Assembly (NCBI RefSeq): GCF_038025025.1
Contig: NW_027117340.1
Span: 1,612,001 to 1,676,000, forward strand
DNA from: Phyllosticta citribraziliensis
Taxonomy: Eukaryota
Length of the DNA stretch: 64,000 nt
Reading direction: 5' to 3'
Shown: positions 34,713 through 48,700 of the stretch, one piece after another
Layout: each line of letters begins with the position of its first letter
Numbering within the stretch: position 1 is the first letter of the stretch
Notes under the pieces: model-generated
What the model saw: only the letters and a program-made list of their open reading frames with translations
The model's database searches: none
Told to the model about the DNA's origin: nothing
Program-made: the position numbers and the translations under genes

Positions 34713-37700
34713 CGGGCACAAATCTTCCATCCGACGAGCACAATCCCTTGTGCCGTCGTCATCATCATCGTTGTTGCCAACGTCATTGGATCTGCCCACG
34801 CCCTAGTTCGTCCACCTGCTGGGACCCTTGAATTCTTGTTTTCAGTCATTTTAGTTATCCCCTTGCATTCCTCTTTGCTACCGTTTTCTTCCACCAACGA
34901 GCGCTCCTAATTGCGCCCTTCCGCCCCGCTTCAGGCCATGCTCATGTATGGATATGTACCTCGGTACCTTGCTGGAACAGGATCCGTCGGCACGCGCTCG
35001 CCTGCCTGCTTGGCCTGCTTCCACGCCGCCCACCGTTTGCCTGTCTGCCGACCGACGTATCGGAGGATTTTCTCAGTCACATTTTTTTCTTGTTCTCGAA
35101 TCATTTCCAGTCTCTTTTTCGCCCCCAAAGTCCATCGCGATCCAATGATTGTCGCATTTCCTGATAGAATGCGTCCGTCTACTAATCAGGCACCTCGCGG
35201 CACGCGCCGCCGACTTGAGTTGCCTCTTTCGGCCCCTTCTCACACCATCTTCGTGTATCAACTTCCTTACGTACATGTGCCTACCGGTCTGCGCCTCATC
35301 GTCGTCGTATCTCATCGGCATCGTCGTGGCAAAGAAGGTAGGTAAGTAGATACCTACTCTCTACGCACGAGCGCCGTGCTGAGCAGCGCCTACAGATGGC
35401 TGGCGAAACGAGACTGCGGACAACATCTTGGCCTATCCCTGGCAAAGCACCACCAATGGAGAAGACGTCGCTCGTCCGTTGGCGATGTGGCACCCTGGTC
35501 TCCCTTACGCAGCAAGCAGGCAACTCAGCCCGGCCAGAACCCATGTCCCTGCTCATGTATTTATCCTTGACCCTAACCTTGACCATGTCCCTGTCGGCTG
35601 CTGCACTGTCAACCCTAACCCTGGGGGATCCATCGCCGCTGCCGCCGCCGCCGCCGCCGCTGCAAATTCCCGGACCCGGAGCGGCCATCGACCCTGAGTC
35701 CATGAACCCTGACACCGAACCCTGAAGTCGCGTTACTGCGCTGCGCAGCCACTGTACCCTGTGCTGGGCTGGACTCGGCAAACTGGGCATGTCCGGTCTG
35801 GAACTTTTTCGCGGCTGGCTGGAGCCCTGGAATCCGTCTAGCGAGCGGAGCGACCGACCACGGGCGAGCCGAAGCGAGCAATGTTCGTGCAGCAAGCGAA
35901 CATTCTGTACGCCTTGCTGGGCTGGATCCATTTCCGTTGTTGGCCGGCAGCCCGCTCGTGTGAGATAGGGAGACCCCAAAGGATCTGACGAGCCACCGAC
36001 GGCAAGTCGACGGACACCATCGCGAACGGCCTCCGGCATCTACCAAGGAGCCGGCGCGGTTGAAGAGCTGACGTCTGCATGAGCGAACAACGATGAAGAG
36101 ACAGACAGGGCTCCGCTGTGATGATCTCATGTCAGGCAGGCAAGCAGGCCGTCCGCTCGTCGGACCGTTAGCAAAACACTTTGCAACCGCACGTGGTGCC
36201 GTGGTGTTGGTGGCCTCGCGGTCTTCAGTGCCATGGACGCCACGGGATAGCGACATTGCACCAACATGATGCGGGCGCAGAAAAAAGAGCAAGGAAAACG
36301 AATCGACGGACCGGTCATTGCGCGTGGCTGGCTGGCCGATTTTTCCAGGGCAGCTAATCAACCAGCAAACCGCTGCTATACTGGCGGTTTTTGAGGACCC
36401 GGGACGCGGCCGCCAGCATATGTCAGTGGGTGTGCGGACCTGCCGACGCGATGCTGCAGCTCGACCGGTGAGCAGGCATGGGTCGGCAATGATGGGGTTT
36501 GCATTCTGCAGCCATCTCTCGGATATACCTCGAGTCTTCGGAGGTACATACGGCGGCGGCAGAGAAATGTGTAGGGCGCCTGTACGTTGACTACGTGCAT
36601 TCGACAACGTCTTTGCGACTTGGCGCATGGAAGATGATGGTGGCAGAATGGGGATGAAGATGTACGTCAGGATTACTTTGCTCCTCTGGGCAAGTCCATC
36701 GGCAGAGAGGCGAGCAATGCCGTGTGGCTTTTGTCTGACCACATCACGATCATCACGGTAGCAGGATGGTGGAGTTTTCCGGTCAGTTGTTCCCTTCATC
36801 TTCTTGCCCTTCTCCTTTTGTTCGGTGTCCCCGGCACCACACCAACAACAAAGCCACGATATATCCGCCTGTGGACAGGAAGCCGCCATGCAAATGCGTC
36901 TTCGCTGCAAGTCCAGGAGGAGACGCGTCGATCGACTCTGCGAGTTCAGAACACTGATCTGCTGGACAGGCGTTGGCTACGCGCAGGGAAGCAAGCAGGG
37001 ACTCAGTCCGCCACGGTCACTCCACAGCAGCACGACATGTAACTTCTGCTCGCTCCAACTTTGAGAGACGTCGCATCATCGTGCTTTGATCACCGCTGCA
37101 CTGCAGACATGTAGAGGGAGAGTATGCAAGCCATGCTGCTACTGCGCTGCTACACACCGCGGATGTCGTGTCACGCCGTTTTCTCCTCTTCTTTTCCTTC
37201 ATATTTCTTTTCTTCTCGATTCTGCAGAAGAGGCGTTTTTGATGCATCGATCGACGGCTTGCACACACTGCGTTTCTTCATGTACGGGAAATGGAGATCT
37301 CTCGCGGGCTGCCCGGGTAGGCGGGTACCTGCGTGTGGGTGCGAGAGAAGAACGTTTTAAGAAACCAGAAGTGCAAGATTTCCTTTTGAAGTCGTTTGCT
37401 TGGCCTGCAGAGAATGCGTGCCCAGATGAAAACGAAGTGGCTCTATGGACGATGAAGTTGAGCACGAGTACCGGCGCTACTTCTTGTTCGGTTGAAAAGG
37501 GGGGATTTCTAGGGGGAACAAACATCACCACAAGCATTCTTTACACGGTACCCACGACCCTCCAAGTCACTGTCAATCCCACTCTGCTCTCCCCATTCTT
37601 CTTCGCAGTCAAATCCAGTCCCTTGTCCACAAACACCCTTCATCCCCGCCACTTCCCGTCCCGTTTGCTTCCCTGCCCCCGGCACGAACCCCAACCTCTT

Positions 37701-38193
37701 TCACAAGTAATCAATATTGCAGCTGCACGCATCCACCAGCACCACTGCTCGGAAGTACATTCCAACCAACGAGAAGACGTGCCGCATGAGTGACTCGCCT
37801 CGAGTCGAATCCCGTTATCCCGCGTCGACCTTCCTCGCTGCCAAAACCGACTCTTCTCCACGGCGTTGGACTACCTACAACCGGCCAGATATCCCGCAGA
37901 CTTAGACGACTGCTAGTCGTTGGTTCAGACGCTTCCGCCTTATTGTGCTCAGCTTGTCCCAGTCTTTCCATCTAGATCGACGTGCCAGTCTACTTCCCGT
38001 TCTTGTCACTGATCCAATACCACAACGACCCGCCGCCGGCGCCGCCGCCCCTCACGCCGGCCCGTCCCTCTGCCTCCCTCCCTGCCTCTCCGATGGCCGC
38101 AGTGCTTCCTTGTGCATACAGCGCCGTTAAACCTTCGCCTTTCTCCATCCATCCATACGGCACATGCATGTGTCAAGTGTAGGTTCATACTTC

Positions 38194-38232
38194 ATTGATT
38201 GATTGATTGATTGACTGATTGACTGATTGATT
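38194..38232. repeat. (ATTG/ACTG)n tetranucleotide microsatellite
   Basis: Direct reading. Confidence 0.9.
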
Positions 38233-39302
38233 CATCAGTGCACACTGTAAGTTCTCCCCATTTTCCTGCCGCTGATTGAAAGAAGAGATGCGGCGTTGGT
38301 TGGAGTGGCCATAAACCAACGTTTGGAAGTGAACGAGACATGGCGTCGATGTACTCGACGGACCGCAATCCGGCGGCTTGACTCACGCAGCAGTCAGACA
38401 AGTTCGCCAGGACGCATGTCAGACCCTCTGTCAAGATATCCCGCCTTCTCCGCGGGGACGACAAGGCGTTGGATCGATCAATGACAGATGGGCCGGCCGA
38501 CCGACCGACTGACCAACAGTGTGATGGATTAATCATGGGTTTTGAGCCATCCAGACACACACTGCATGCAACTACCGCCCATGTGTCACGAACCGCCATC
38601 CTTGGACGACCCTGTCGTTCTCTGGGGTAACCCTTGCTCGTCGAGTAACCCTGTTCGGGCCCTTTTTCGCTCGCCCGTCTCCCGGGTCGTCGTCGTGAGA
38701 TATGCGAGAGACTTGCTTTCGCATGTCTCAGTCCACTCTATCTCGTCGTCTCGTCTTGCCTCGCCTTGTCCCTGCGCGATGACTTTGATGTGGTAGCGGC
38801 GGTGTTGGCCCTCGCTGCGTCTCGCAATTCATTTTTGGATCTCTTCGCCGAGGGACCGACGCAGTCCGCCGTCGTCCCTCTCTCTCTATCCATGTCGCGC
38901 GCATGTGAACCTCCGTAGCAGACGAAGCATCCTCCCTCGTAGCCGCGCGACGCCCCTCCACTCGCGAACCGTTGTCGAAATCCAAGTCCGCCCGCGCGGG
39001 ACAACGGGACGGGAAATGCAGCGCAACTCCATGTCTCCCTGTCTTCCTGCACTGTACACTACCCGTGACAGGCCTATCTCCGCGCTTTCATGCGCGCCGT
39101 TTGTGCGTTTGTAAGTTGGATGGATGGATGGATGGTTGATGCATACGTACGCACAAAGTGACAAGGAGAGTCTACGGCGGCTCGTCGTCGGGTTTTTGCT
39201 TTATCGACTCCCAGGATAGAGTCGGGAATCTCGGGCGGCTCACGAACAAGGAAGTGGAGCCGCTGCCTTTGTAGTTGTGGTGGGATGTTCGCATGAACGC
39301 AA

Positions 39303-39324
39303 GGGGGGGGGGGGGGGGGGGGGG
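39303..39324. repeat. poly(G) tract, 22 nt
   Basis: Direct reading. Confidence 0.9.
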
Positions 39325-40326
39325 AGAGCGACGGGCTGATGGGCCAGTCTGAACATGATTGGATTGATAGGAAGGGACAGTTCTAAGCACAATTTGACTG
39401 ACCAGGATATCAAAATGTTTGAATGAAGTCTCAGAGTTGCGGCGAGACAGAATAACGGATTTAATTATGGTCACCTCCCTTTTTCTCAAGTGTCCGAGTT
39501 TGCGATGCTTGAACAAAAGAATGAAAAGACATCAGTCAACGTCTCGCAGCAGGCGTCCTACGTCATCGACTCAAACTGACTTTATAGTCTGCTCCATATC
39601 TTCCCCGTCTGAATTGTTGTGATTTATCTTTGACGAAAACTCCTGGCAGTCTCTGCTGATGGTCCCCTGAAGGGCCGGTAGTAGAATTCAGACTGCCAAA
39701 AGCAACTTGTTTACTCTGCTTTGTCCTTTACCCTTAGAACGAGTTTCTCATACAACAATGAGCAATACGTGGAAACACCGAACATTCAGTTTGATTGTTT
39801 AACATGTAGAGCGTAGCAGAAGTAGCTGGTCACTTTCGACCAAGGACATGTCGATTCTAAAACCGGGCAATTCGATTGCGTTGCAATTTCCGTGATGCTT
39901 ATATATGGCGGCGCTACAGGTGAGAAACGGGGAGTGCAAGATACTGCTCGAATCCTCGACCTTCAACACTGCTGCCTTACGTTATGCTCGCCGGACTTCG
40001 ACAAACGGTGTGTAGACATTCGCCCACGTACTAGAGCAGATGGCCATGCTGCACGTCGTCCATCGGCAAGGAATCAGTATCTCCTACCAGTCTCCCTTTC
40101 CCCGACTTCACTTACAACCAAACAGCAAAGGCAATGCTCTTCAATCCCCACACATAGCTCTACTCAAGACCGAGACGTCGTGAGAAAGCACGCTTCTGTC
40201 CCACATCTTGCTTCATCCCAAGCAAAACGTCATCTCCACCTCATTCCAGACTTCTCCCCTCTCACCATCACATCACGGTGAACAAAAGAGCAAAAATCAA
40301 CGCCCTGCCACTCCCGCATACCGAGC

Positions 40327-40434
40327 TGGTCACTACGAGGGTCGAACTCGCGACCTTGGCGTTAACTGGTGAAGCTCCTGGGGACAGGAACTGCCGTATT
40401 AGCACCACGCTCTAACCAACTGAGCTAAGCGACC
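40327..40434 (-). tRNA. tRNA-Ile (anticodon AAT) with a 34-nt intron (40363-40396)
   Basis: Acceptor stem GGTCGCT/AGTGACC, D arm TAGCTCAGTTGGTTAGAGC, anticodon stem TGGTG-CTAATAA-CGCCA after removing the intron at the canonical 37/38 position, and T loop GTTCGAC. Confidence 0.96.
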
Positions 40435-42037
40435 CGGTGTTGTCATGAGAAGACAGGACGTTGATGGAACCGAGATTGCTCAGTGGCTTTAAGACTTGAA
40501 CAACCAAAAGAGAGGAGGTTGAGGCACGCTTGGGAGCCTGAGGGAGCGCAAATGTGGTGGTGGAGCAGAGATTTTGTGCTGTTTGCCTGTTTGGGACTAG
40601 CGTCAAAGCGTAGTGTGGCCGAGAGGCAGCCGGCCGGATGAAGCGGAGACAGCAACGATGGCGTTGGGCGAACGAGAGACGCGCCAAGCGACAACCTCAG
40701 AAGACGAATCGGGTGTGCGGTTTCGGCTCTGCTGAGACGGCAGCTGAATGCTCCAAGGACGAATTGGGTTGAGGACTGACGGGAAGTGTGAACAAGTTTG
40801 ATGGACGGGAAATGGGGACGTGAATAGACTATGTAGTAACTTTTCAATTCAACCCACAGCGACGAGGAGTCGGTGCCTGGGAAAAAGGCAGCGCGGCCCT
40901 GCGACTGACCACCAACTTAGGGCTGAAAACGGAGTTCCTGTAAATCTCATCCAAGCAAATTTTGCAAAACGAAGAAGATGAACGCAATAGCCGGGGGAGG
41001 CAAAATTAAAATTCTTACTCAAAGTGCGAACAAGAACAAAGAACTTGCGTGGGAGCGTACAACTGATGGAATGTGCAAGATCGACAAGAAATCCGAGACT
41101 CTACTGCTTCATCTTCTTGACCCGCTGCGCGTCGAATGACGACGGCAGGGTATGGCGGGCTGACTAGACTAAATATATGTGTACTGTGCCGTATCAAAAG
41201 ACGAGAAACCAAAGACCGCAGGCGGCAGGAATGAAAGGAGAGGAGGAAAGATGGAGCCGCTTTCGTAATCAAATACGGTCAGCATGGTGGTATAAGATGC
41301 AAGGGTTTCGCTGAAACAGAAAGTTGAACGAGTAACCTCAAGACGAGCTGGAGCAAGACAAATGGAGTTTCGATGACCAGACGAAAGGAGAGAAGATAAT
41401 TTTGAACGCAGATGTGACGCAGAAGGAGAGACAGAGGCTCCGCGCGGTCAAAGATCAAACTAGAAAAGGAACAAAGAAACGCAACAACTGCAAAGTTGCG
41501 GAAGGAGAAGAGGCGAGGACCCGATCAAACAGCTCTGAAGCTCATCTCGACTACTCCACAAACGGAGTGCGTCGTCAGGCCTACAGACTGTAGATCGTGG
41601 GTATCTGGGTATCTGCTCGATAGGAGATTGTGAGGGAAGATGGCGCGACCTTGGTCCCAACCAGTAAATGCAAACGGGACTACAATGTCCTTCCAAAAAT
41701 GACAAGAACGGAACAGAAGAGGAGAAGGGCAACCCCGGAGAGCAGGAGCTACCGGGGGCAAAACAGTCGGGGGACATGAACGACCCTCACTAGGCCCTGG
41801 TTGAAACAGACCTAGTGTAGGTACCCGCCGCAAGCGCCTGCCAACTAGCTGCTCATGCTAGTCTCGACTGTGACCCTGGCCACCATCGTCAACTTTTGCG
41901 GAAAAAGGAAAGCCGTGTTGCCGAAGCGTCATCCAAGGAAGGGGTGATTCTGTAAAAGTGCCGATTCGAAGCCCAGAAAGGTAGCAGTCCGCTCACAGTG
42001 CAAACGAGGCAGCCACAAACAATCGCACTGCATCAGA

Positions 42038-45000
42038 CTACTCCTTATTCTCGGCAGATTCGCTCCCCGCACTCGCCGTCGCGAAACTGCTGCCCTGGGC
42101 CTGCGTAGTGTCGCTACCCCCAACACTGTTGTTCCTGTCCACACCCTCGGGATGGTCATTTTCACCATTCTTGCCCTCTAGTCCTGAAATGGCTAGACCC
42201 TTTTGCGGGTCTTCATCCACTTCGTCAATCCGCGACGGGTTGATGCCATTTTCTTCAGAACCTTCTTCTCCGGCCATCAACGCTGGCGGCCTCTGCTGCA
42301 TGGCCCGCGCCTTGCTGAGGGAAATGGTCTTTTGTTGGTAAGTGCTGATGACCTCTTTGCTGTCGTCACGGTCGATGGTTGCCTTTACCAGCGCGGCCAT
42401 CCAGTCGCGCCCTTGCTGTAAGCTGTCAACAGCAAAGTAGTGCACGGTCGGTTTTGTGAAGTTGACGGCCTTGGACAGGCCGCTGCGCGGCGGGACGAGC
42501 TTGAAAATGAACATGCCCGACGTGTCATCCTTGCCTTCTCCAGTTGATGCAGATGTCGGAATCGATGCATTCAGAGGCGAGCTGGGCGAGGACTTGGCCC
42601 CGGTCATTGCAGCGTGTAAACCAGTAATGCGCTCGTCATTTGCAGGTAGTACGCGGTGGCCTGAAATGTCAATGAGGCCCCTTTCGGCAATGTCATCTTC
42701 GGCGTAGTAGTAAGAGAGTCGACGTCCGCGCAAAACGAAAAGGCGAGTCTTCCAAGTCGTCATGAGATTGGAGGAGCGCTTCTTCATCCATCCGCTGTAG
42801 TCGCATCCTTTAATTTGTTCCGAAGGAGGCTTCTGTTCCAGGCCGCGCTGATAAGCGCTCGTCTCCTTTTTCGACTTGCGTCGGGGTGCTGCACCAGAAG
42901 TGGTAGATGGCATGGAAGCGCTGGTTCCCTGCCTCAAAACGTCGGGTGCAGGTTCCCCATCCAAACTCTTGGACCCATGCGAGGGCGTGCCGCTAGAGGT
43001 GGTGCGCACTGGAGAATTCAAAGGAGAATCCTTCACTGGCGAAGGCGGCGGTTTCCTAGCACCACTCAAAGTTCCTGCAAGCGCGTCTGAAATGGCTCTC
43101 AAGCCAGTTGCGCGTTGCTCCTTGGGATATCTCTGTATAGCCGGAGGAGGCGATGCCCTTCCCTGGGAGGATTGATCGCTGCCTTCCAACAAGTTGGGCG
43201 AAGAGGCAACCGCATCGATGCTCGGGGTTCCGTAGTCCAACTTAGTGACAATGTTGGCTCGTTCCTTGATTGGTTTGGGACCATGGCGCAACTCTGGACC
43301 ACTTGCAGTGCGCGAGTTCTTTGCCCGATTCGACGGGAAAAAGCTTTTGCCAGAGAGCGCTGCTTCTGTGTAATCACGGATGGAATCGCTACTTCCAATG
43401 CGACTGTGGCGCCTAAATGTTGACAGACGCCTCCCGCCTTCATGAGAGAAGCTTGACTCTCTCGAGTGGCTTGAGCTGGGAGCCTTGCGCAAAACGTTCT
43501 TTTGCTTGCGATTATCAAGCTCGCCTCCTGAAAAGTAGCCCCGGTCCAGGTCAGGCGTAATCACTTTCAAAGCACTCTCCCGAGGACTGGACTCGGTTGT
43601 ATCCGGTCTAGCGCCGCCATTGAGCTGGTCTCCCATCGACCATCCCTGATCAAATGAACCCTGCTTCTTGTGCGACTGCGGCGTAGGCACGGTAACTTTG
43701 ACAGGGCCGGCAGTTTTCGGCGTCGAACCTCCGGCGGCAAAGTCGATGGAAGAGTGCCGCCGGCTGTGGTTGAGATCCCTCACGGATGCGGCCGACGGGC
43801 GGCGGGAGTGTTGTGCCTGTGATGAAGAGGGGGTCCCTGGCGCAGGCGCTGTGTCCGAAGCCTTTTTGGAGTGTTGCGACGAACTTTGCCTCGAGTGGCG
43901 CTGTTTGCTGGATGGCCTTGCCCCATTGGACTCCATCAGACTCGGGATCCTCGGTAGGACGGTCCCTATCGAAGTGCTGCGATGTCGAGTATCCGAAGGT
44001 CGTCGGCTTGACGAAGAGCCATCCGTAAAGGCCTGGGAATTCCGCGCCAACTCTGCAACTTCCTCTTGCAAGCTCCGAATCTTTTGCCAGATTTTGAGGC
44101 GTGGACCGATGGGACCCAGATCAAACTCCTTCATGAGCAGCGTTTGCTGGTCCATTCCCAGGAGCACCTCGCCCGAAATTTCTTGCTCCTTGAATACATT
44201 GCATTGCCGAGTGTCAACACCCTCGTCTTCCAGCCACTCGGCGACTCGTGCGGGCGTCCAGGCTCGGACTTCGAAGAGTGTGTATAGGCCTTGCTCCTCT
44301 TCGTCGGTCTCGTGTCCGTTGATGTAGGATAAGCGGTGGTCGACGTGGCTGCTGCTATACTCGCTGGAACTGTCGCCTCCAAATCGTAGAGATCGCTCGT
44401 GGCTCGTACCGCGGGGAGTGTTGATGTCTGTCAGATGCTCATCTATTACATTTAGAGTCTCATTCATGACTGGGCTCCTCTGGTCTCCTGGAATCAAACC
44501 TCTGTGGCCTGCGCTCGGAAGGGATGCTTGGGTATTGGCTCCGGCGGTTGCCTGACCAATGGCACTTATTGTAGGTGGGTTGGACTGACCAGTGGAATCA
44601 TTGGGGCCTGTATCCAGGGAATCGGCGAGGGACGACGACGTCTGTTGTCGCTCCAAGCCGGCATTGGTGGCCTCGTCCGCGGGTGGGGGTGGAAGGTCCT
44701 TGGAGGAATCAGCCGCAGGGTGGGCATTGGGTTTGGAGCGAAAGACTGGAGAGAAGCCGGTGCGCGGAGCCAATTGCGTGTAGACTGAGTCGCAAAGTCA
44801 GGGCGGCACAAGCTTGGTGTCACAGGCGCGGAGCTCACCTTCGGGGAAGAGACCAGTAAGGCCGTTTTGCTGATGCCTGCCGAGGAACCAGCCGTCGCCA
44901 AAGTCGTCGTCGCGCTCGATGAGCTGTATGCGGTCGCCGCGCTTCATGGTCAGCTCATCGGGGCTGCGCGCGGTAAAGTCATCTATGACGGGCGGGCGAC

Positions 45001-45101
45001 GTCAGCAGGCGGCGGGACAACTGAAGCAAGCAGACGGACGACTTACGGATGACGAGCAGCGTGTCTCCAGGGCGAGCCTGGTCCGTCTGGGGCCGCGACA
45101 T
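42038..45101 (-). CDS. polarised-growth protein, Boi1/Boi2/Pob1-like (SH3-SAM-PH); introns 44983-45046 and 44785-44838
   Basis: SH3 domain (HDFTARSPDEL...DGWFLG...GLFPEVY) assembled across two introns, SAM domain (WTPARVAEWL...EQEISGEVLL) and PH domain (GWMKKR...WKTRLFVL...WMAAL). Confidence 0.94.
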
Positions 45102-45725
45102 TGCCGGGTATGCGGAGCGAGCGATGGGAGGACGTTGGGTTGGGGGAGGCGTGGGAGGCGGAGGAGAGGCGCGTCCCGTCGGAGAGGGAGAGATGAGCTG
45201 GGGACGATCACAAGGGTCGGGGTCGGGGTTGGGCGAGGGCGGCAGCGGGCATGGCTTCGCGGCGAGGGGGAGTAGTCGCGGTCGCGGGCGAGATGGAGGA
45301 GAGGAGAGAAGAGGAGGCAGAAGATGTGGTGGTTCGAGGAGGCGGTGGTTGTGGTTGTCGTGGTAAGGTCAGGTAGTGCTCGGCTGGTCACGACTGTTTG
45401 GGTTGGTTGGCTGGTGGGTGGGCGGCACGACGGGCCACTCAGCCAATTAACCTCCTCAACCTCAATCTACTGCATGCCGTCATCCATCTCTCTCCACACA
45501 CGCACCGCGTCCCCCACTCAAGCCGCTCCACGCATCGCGACAATTTTCCACTCGCTCCGTCACCGCCGTTTTCGTCCCGTACCGCCTGTGCCACCCTCAA
45601 ACGGCTCTCTACATGCGCCTTCCCTCTTGTACACGTCCGGCTCTGAGCGCCCTGTACTTGTACCTGTACATCCCGACGCGTCCGCGGCCCCGACACCATG
45701 AGAGAATGGCGAAAACATCTCCACC

Positions 45726-48700
45726 ATGAACCGCAACCCGTACGTCGCCCAACCCAATGCCACGGCCACCGCCTGGCTGGGCGGTCGTAACTACGACTGG
45801 CTCTCCAACACGTCTCCCCCAACCACCACCTCCGTCGCCGTTCGAGTGCCCAAACGACGACGAACAAATCCACAGCCCGCTTCGCCTACTTCTTCGCACT
45901 TGGCCCGTCGACCATCCGACTCCGTTGCCAACAATCAACCCAGATCTCCAGACCCTGTCCATCCGGAGCGTCCTCCGTCTGCCAAACGAGCCAATACTGC
46001 GCCTGATCCGCCTCGCGCCGCCGCCGACTCCCCACAAGAGTCTCGACAGCAGGACGAATTGCACACGGCACAAGACTTGCACCAAGTGAAGCAAGAATCA
46101 TCCGCAACCTGCCCAGCATCAACAGTCGCGCTCGCAGATGCCACGGGTCGTCTTCCCACTCCGCGGAACAGCACGGCACCGCTTGCAGCTGAAGGCCCAA
46201 GTCCACCTCCGTCTCGACCACCAGAAGACACCACTCCAAAAGTACCAACACCTACTTCATCCTTGCCTTCCCCGCAAGCCCCGGCCGGGTTCAGCCCCAA
46301 GCACGCCTGCTTTGATCGTCAAGCCTGCCTCGAGAATGCTCACCGAACCTTCAATTCCACGACTTTGACCACGGCTACGCAGATGCGATGCTGCAGTCTC
46401 CAGCAGGCTATGAAGAACAACGACCACGAATACATGTTACTACACCAATTCATGAGCATGGCTGAAGCGGGGCAGATGCCAAACAACGCCCCGATGATCA
46501 AGGAGTCCATGTCGCATTTGGCCTCCATCACCACAGTAGCGTTCGGGGAACCAGCGGTACAGTCATCGCTCAAGGACTGGTTCTGTGATCTTCCTCTCCC
46601 GCTCAAGACACTTCACGAAAGAGACAGGGCCCACTATGCGTACCATTATACGACGTTGCAACGCCATTGCCTAAAGCTTGCTCATGGGTGGAAGACGTTC
46701 AAGGACAGCAGATTTCCATTTACCGTGCCCGACTTTCAATCGGTTCTCGGTCTGCATTCTCCACAATGGCAAAGACTCGCCAACATGGCCAAAGTTCGGC
46801 TCCTCATACAATCACTTGGTATTCGGATAGAAGTTGCCAAAGAGCACCAATTCGAAAGCAGGCTCATGGCACTATTCCAGGCACATCAGGCTCGTGTGCA
46901 CGAGTCAAATGGCGATGCTGCGGAGTTGACGAAGTTTCGACACGAAGCAGCCGAGGTGATTGAGAAGATGAAGAGCATACCAGGCCCCAACCAACCTCCT
47001 AGGATCAACTTGGATTTCCACCAGCCCGAACAAATCCCTCGGCAAGTCGATACTGAGCAGGTCGTCAGGCAACAGCAAGAGCACGTCGTTCGGCAACAGC
47101 AATTTGCAGCCCATCAGCACCGGCAGCAATCCGAGCAGATTGCCAGGCACAGACAATGGTTGCAGGAGCAGACAGGACAAAGCCAAGTCACAGCCTCTCA
47201 GCAGCATTCAGAACGCTTAAGGCACCCCATTACCCACAGTTCGGCGAATGCGCAGAATACGATGGGACACAACATGGTGGCAGATGCTCACAATCTTTAC
47301 TTCAATCAAAACCACGCCATGGGACAACCCATGTCTACTCCGCAGGATCCCCGACACCAGCCACACCAGTTCTATCAGAGTCCAGTACAAAGCCCCATTC
47401 AGTACAATCCGACAATCCAGCGACATCAGCCGACTCCTTCACAGCCAGTATACCACCATCATCCAAGTCCCGTGCAAACCAGCAGGGTACACTCACCAGC
47501 GCAATTCAACCGGACAATCCCACAACAAGGCATGCAAGAGCAGATGGGGCAATACATGACACAAGATTTCAATTTCCAAAGACGTGCGTCTGGCAACGGG
47601 ATACCTCACGGAATGGTCCCTCAAGCTCAACAGCAAGCTCAACAGCAAGCTCAACAGCAAGTTCTACAGCAGGCTTCACAGCAAGCCCCACAGCAGTTTC
47701 CACAGCAACTTCCGTCTAGCCGTCGTGAAAAGCTCTTCCAGTCTGTCGTAGACTTCGCAATCCCACCTCAAAGGCTTGGAGGCGCGCTTGGCTACGATTA
47801 TGAATTTGAAATATCGCCAGAAGATGTCGCCAATATACCGCGCAAGGTCGGAAATGTCGATGAGCAGACGGTAGTGTATCGACTTAGGTGCATCCAGGTT
47901 CCCAGCTCTGGTGATCTACAAAAAGAGTGGATGTCGATTCCCACAACGTGGCCCACGTGCACTCTACTCACTATCAATGGCTCTCACCTCCGGCCGCAAA
48001 GGAAGCAGGACAAGTGGGGTGCTGTGCTTCTGTGTCCATTCATCAAATCTTCAACCAACAAGTTCTCCATCGAAACCATTCGCGGGCCCGAGGAACCAGC
48101 TTCATCCACCTTTGCTGTTGCTGTCGAAAAGATCAAATTCCAAACCAGACAGACAATTTCCTCTCTGGTAACATCCCCTGAACGCGTTGTCTCCGCGGGT
48201 TCAGTCCTCTCGTCCATTCGCTCCGCCATTGACCCTAAGGCCACTGATGACAAAGACTCTGGCGACGAGCTTGCCGTTACCATGTCAAGGATCACCATCA
48301 ATCTCGTTGATCCGCAATCAGCTTCTCGCATCTGTGAGGTACCAGTGCGCAGTATCGCGTGCCATCACCGAGACTGCTTCGATTTGGCCACATTCCTTGC
48401 GTCGCGGCCTGGCATTGTAACGGGTGTTGACGAATGGCGGTGTCCCATCTGCCGTGCTGATGCACGGCCGGCAAATCTCATTGTCGACGGATTCTTAACG
48501 GACGTGAGGAGACAGCTGGAGTTACGGGGCGAGCTCGACACAGCAAAGGCCATCATCGTGGAGGCTGATGGGAGTTGGTCTGTGAGGGAAGAAACACGTG
48601 GGCAGTCAGAGAAAAGGGCGAGAAGTGCGACAGCTGGTAATGCCACCCCAAACGAGTCTTCTGCACCCGCAGCTACGTCGGCATCTGCTTCCGGAGGCCT

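Noticed and set aside
35296..36910. 431-aa and 247-aa minus-strand ORFs
   Set aside because: They run through microsatellites, have non-protein-like composition and show no recognisable domain.
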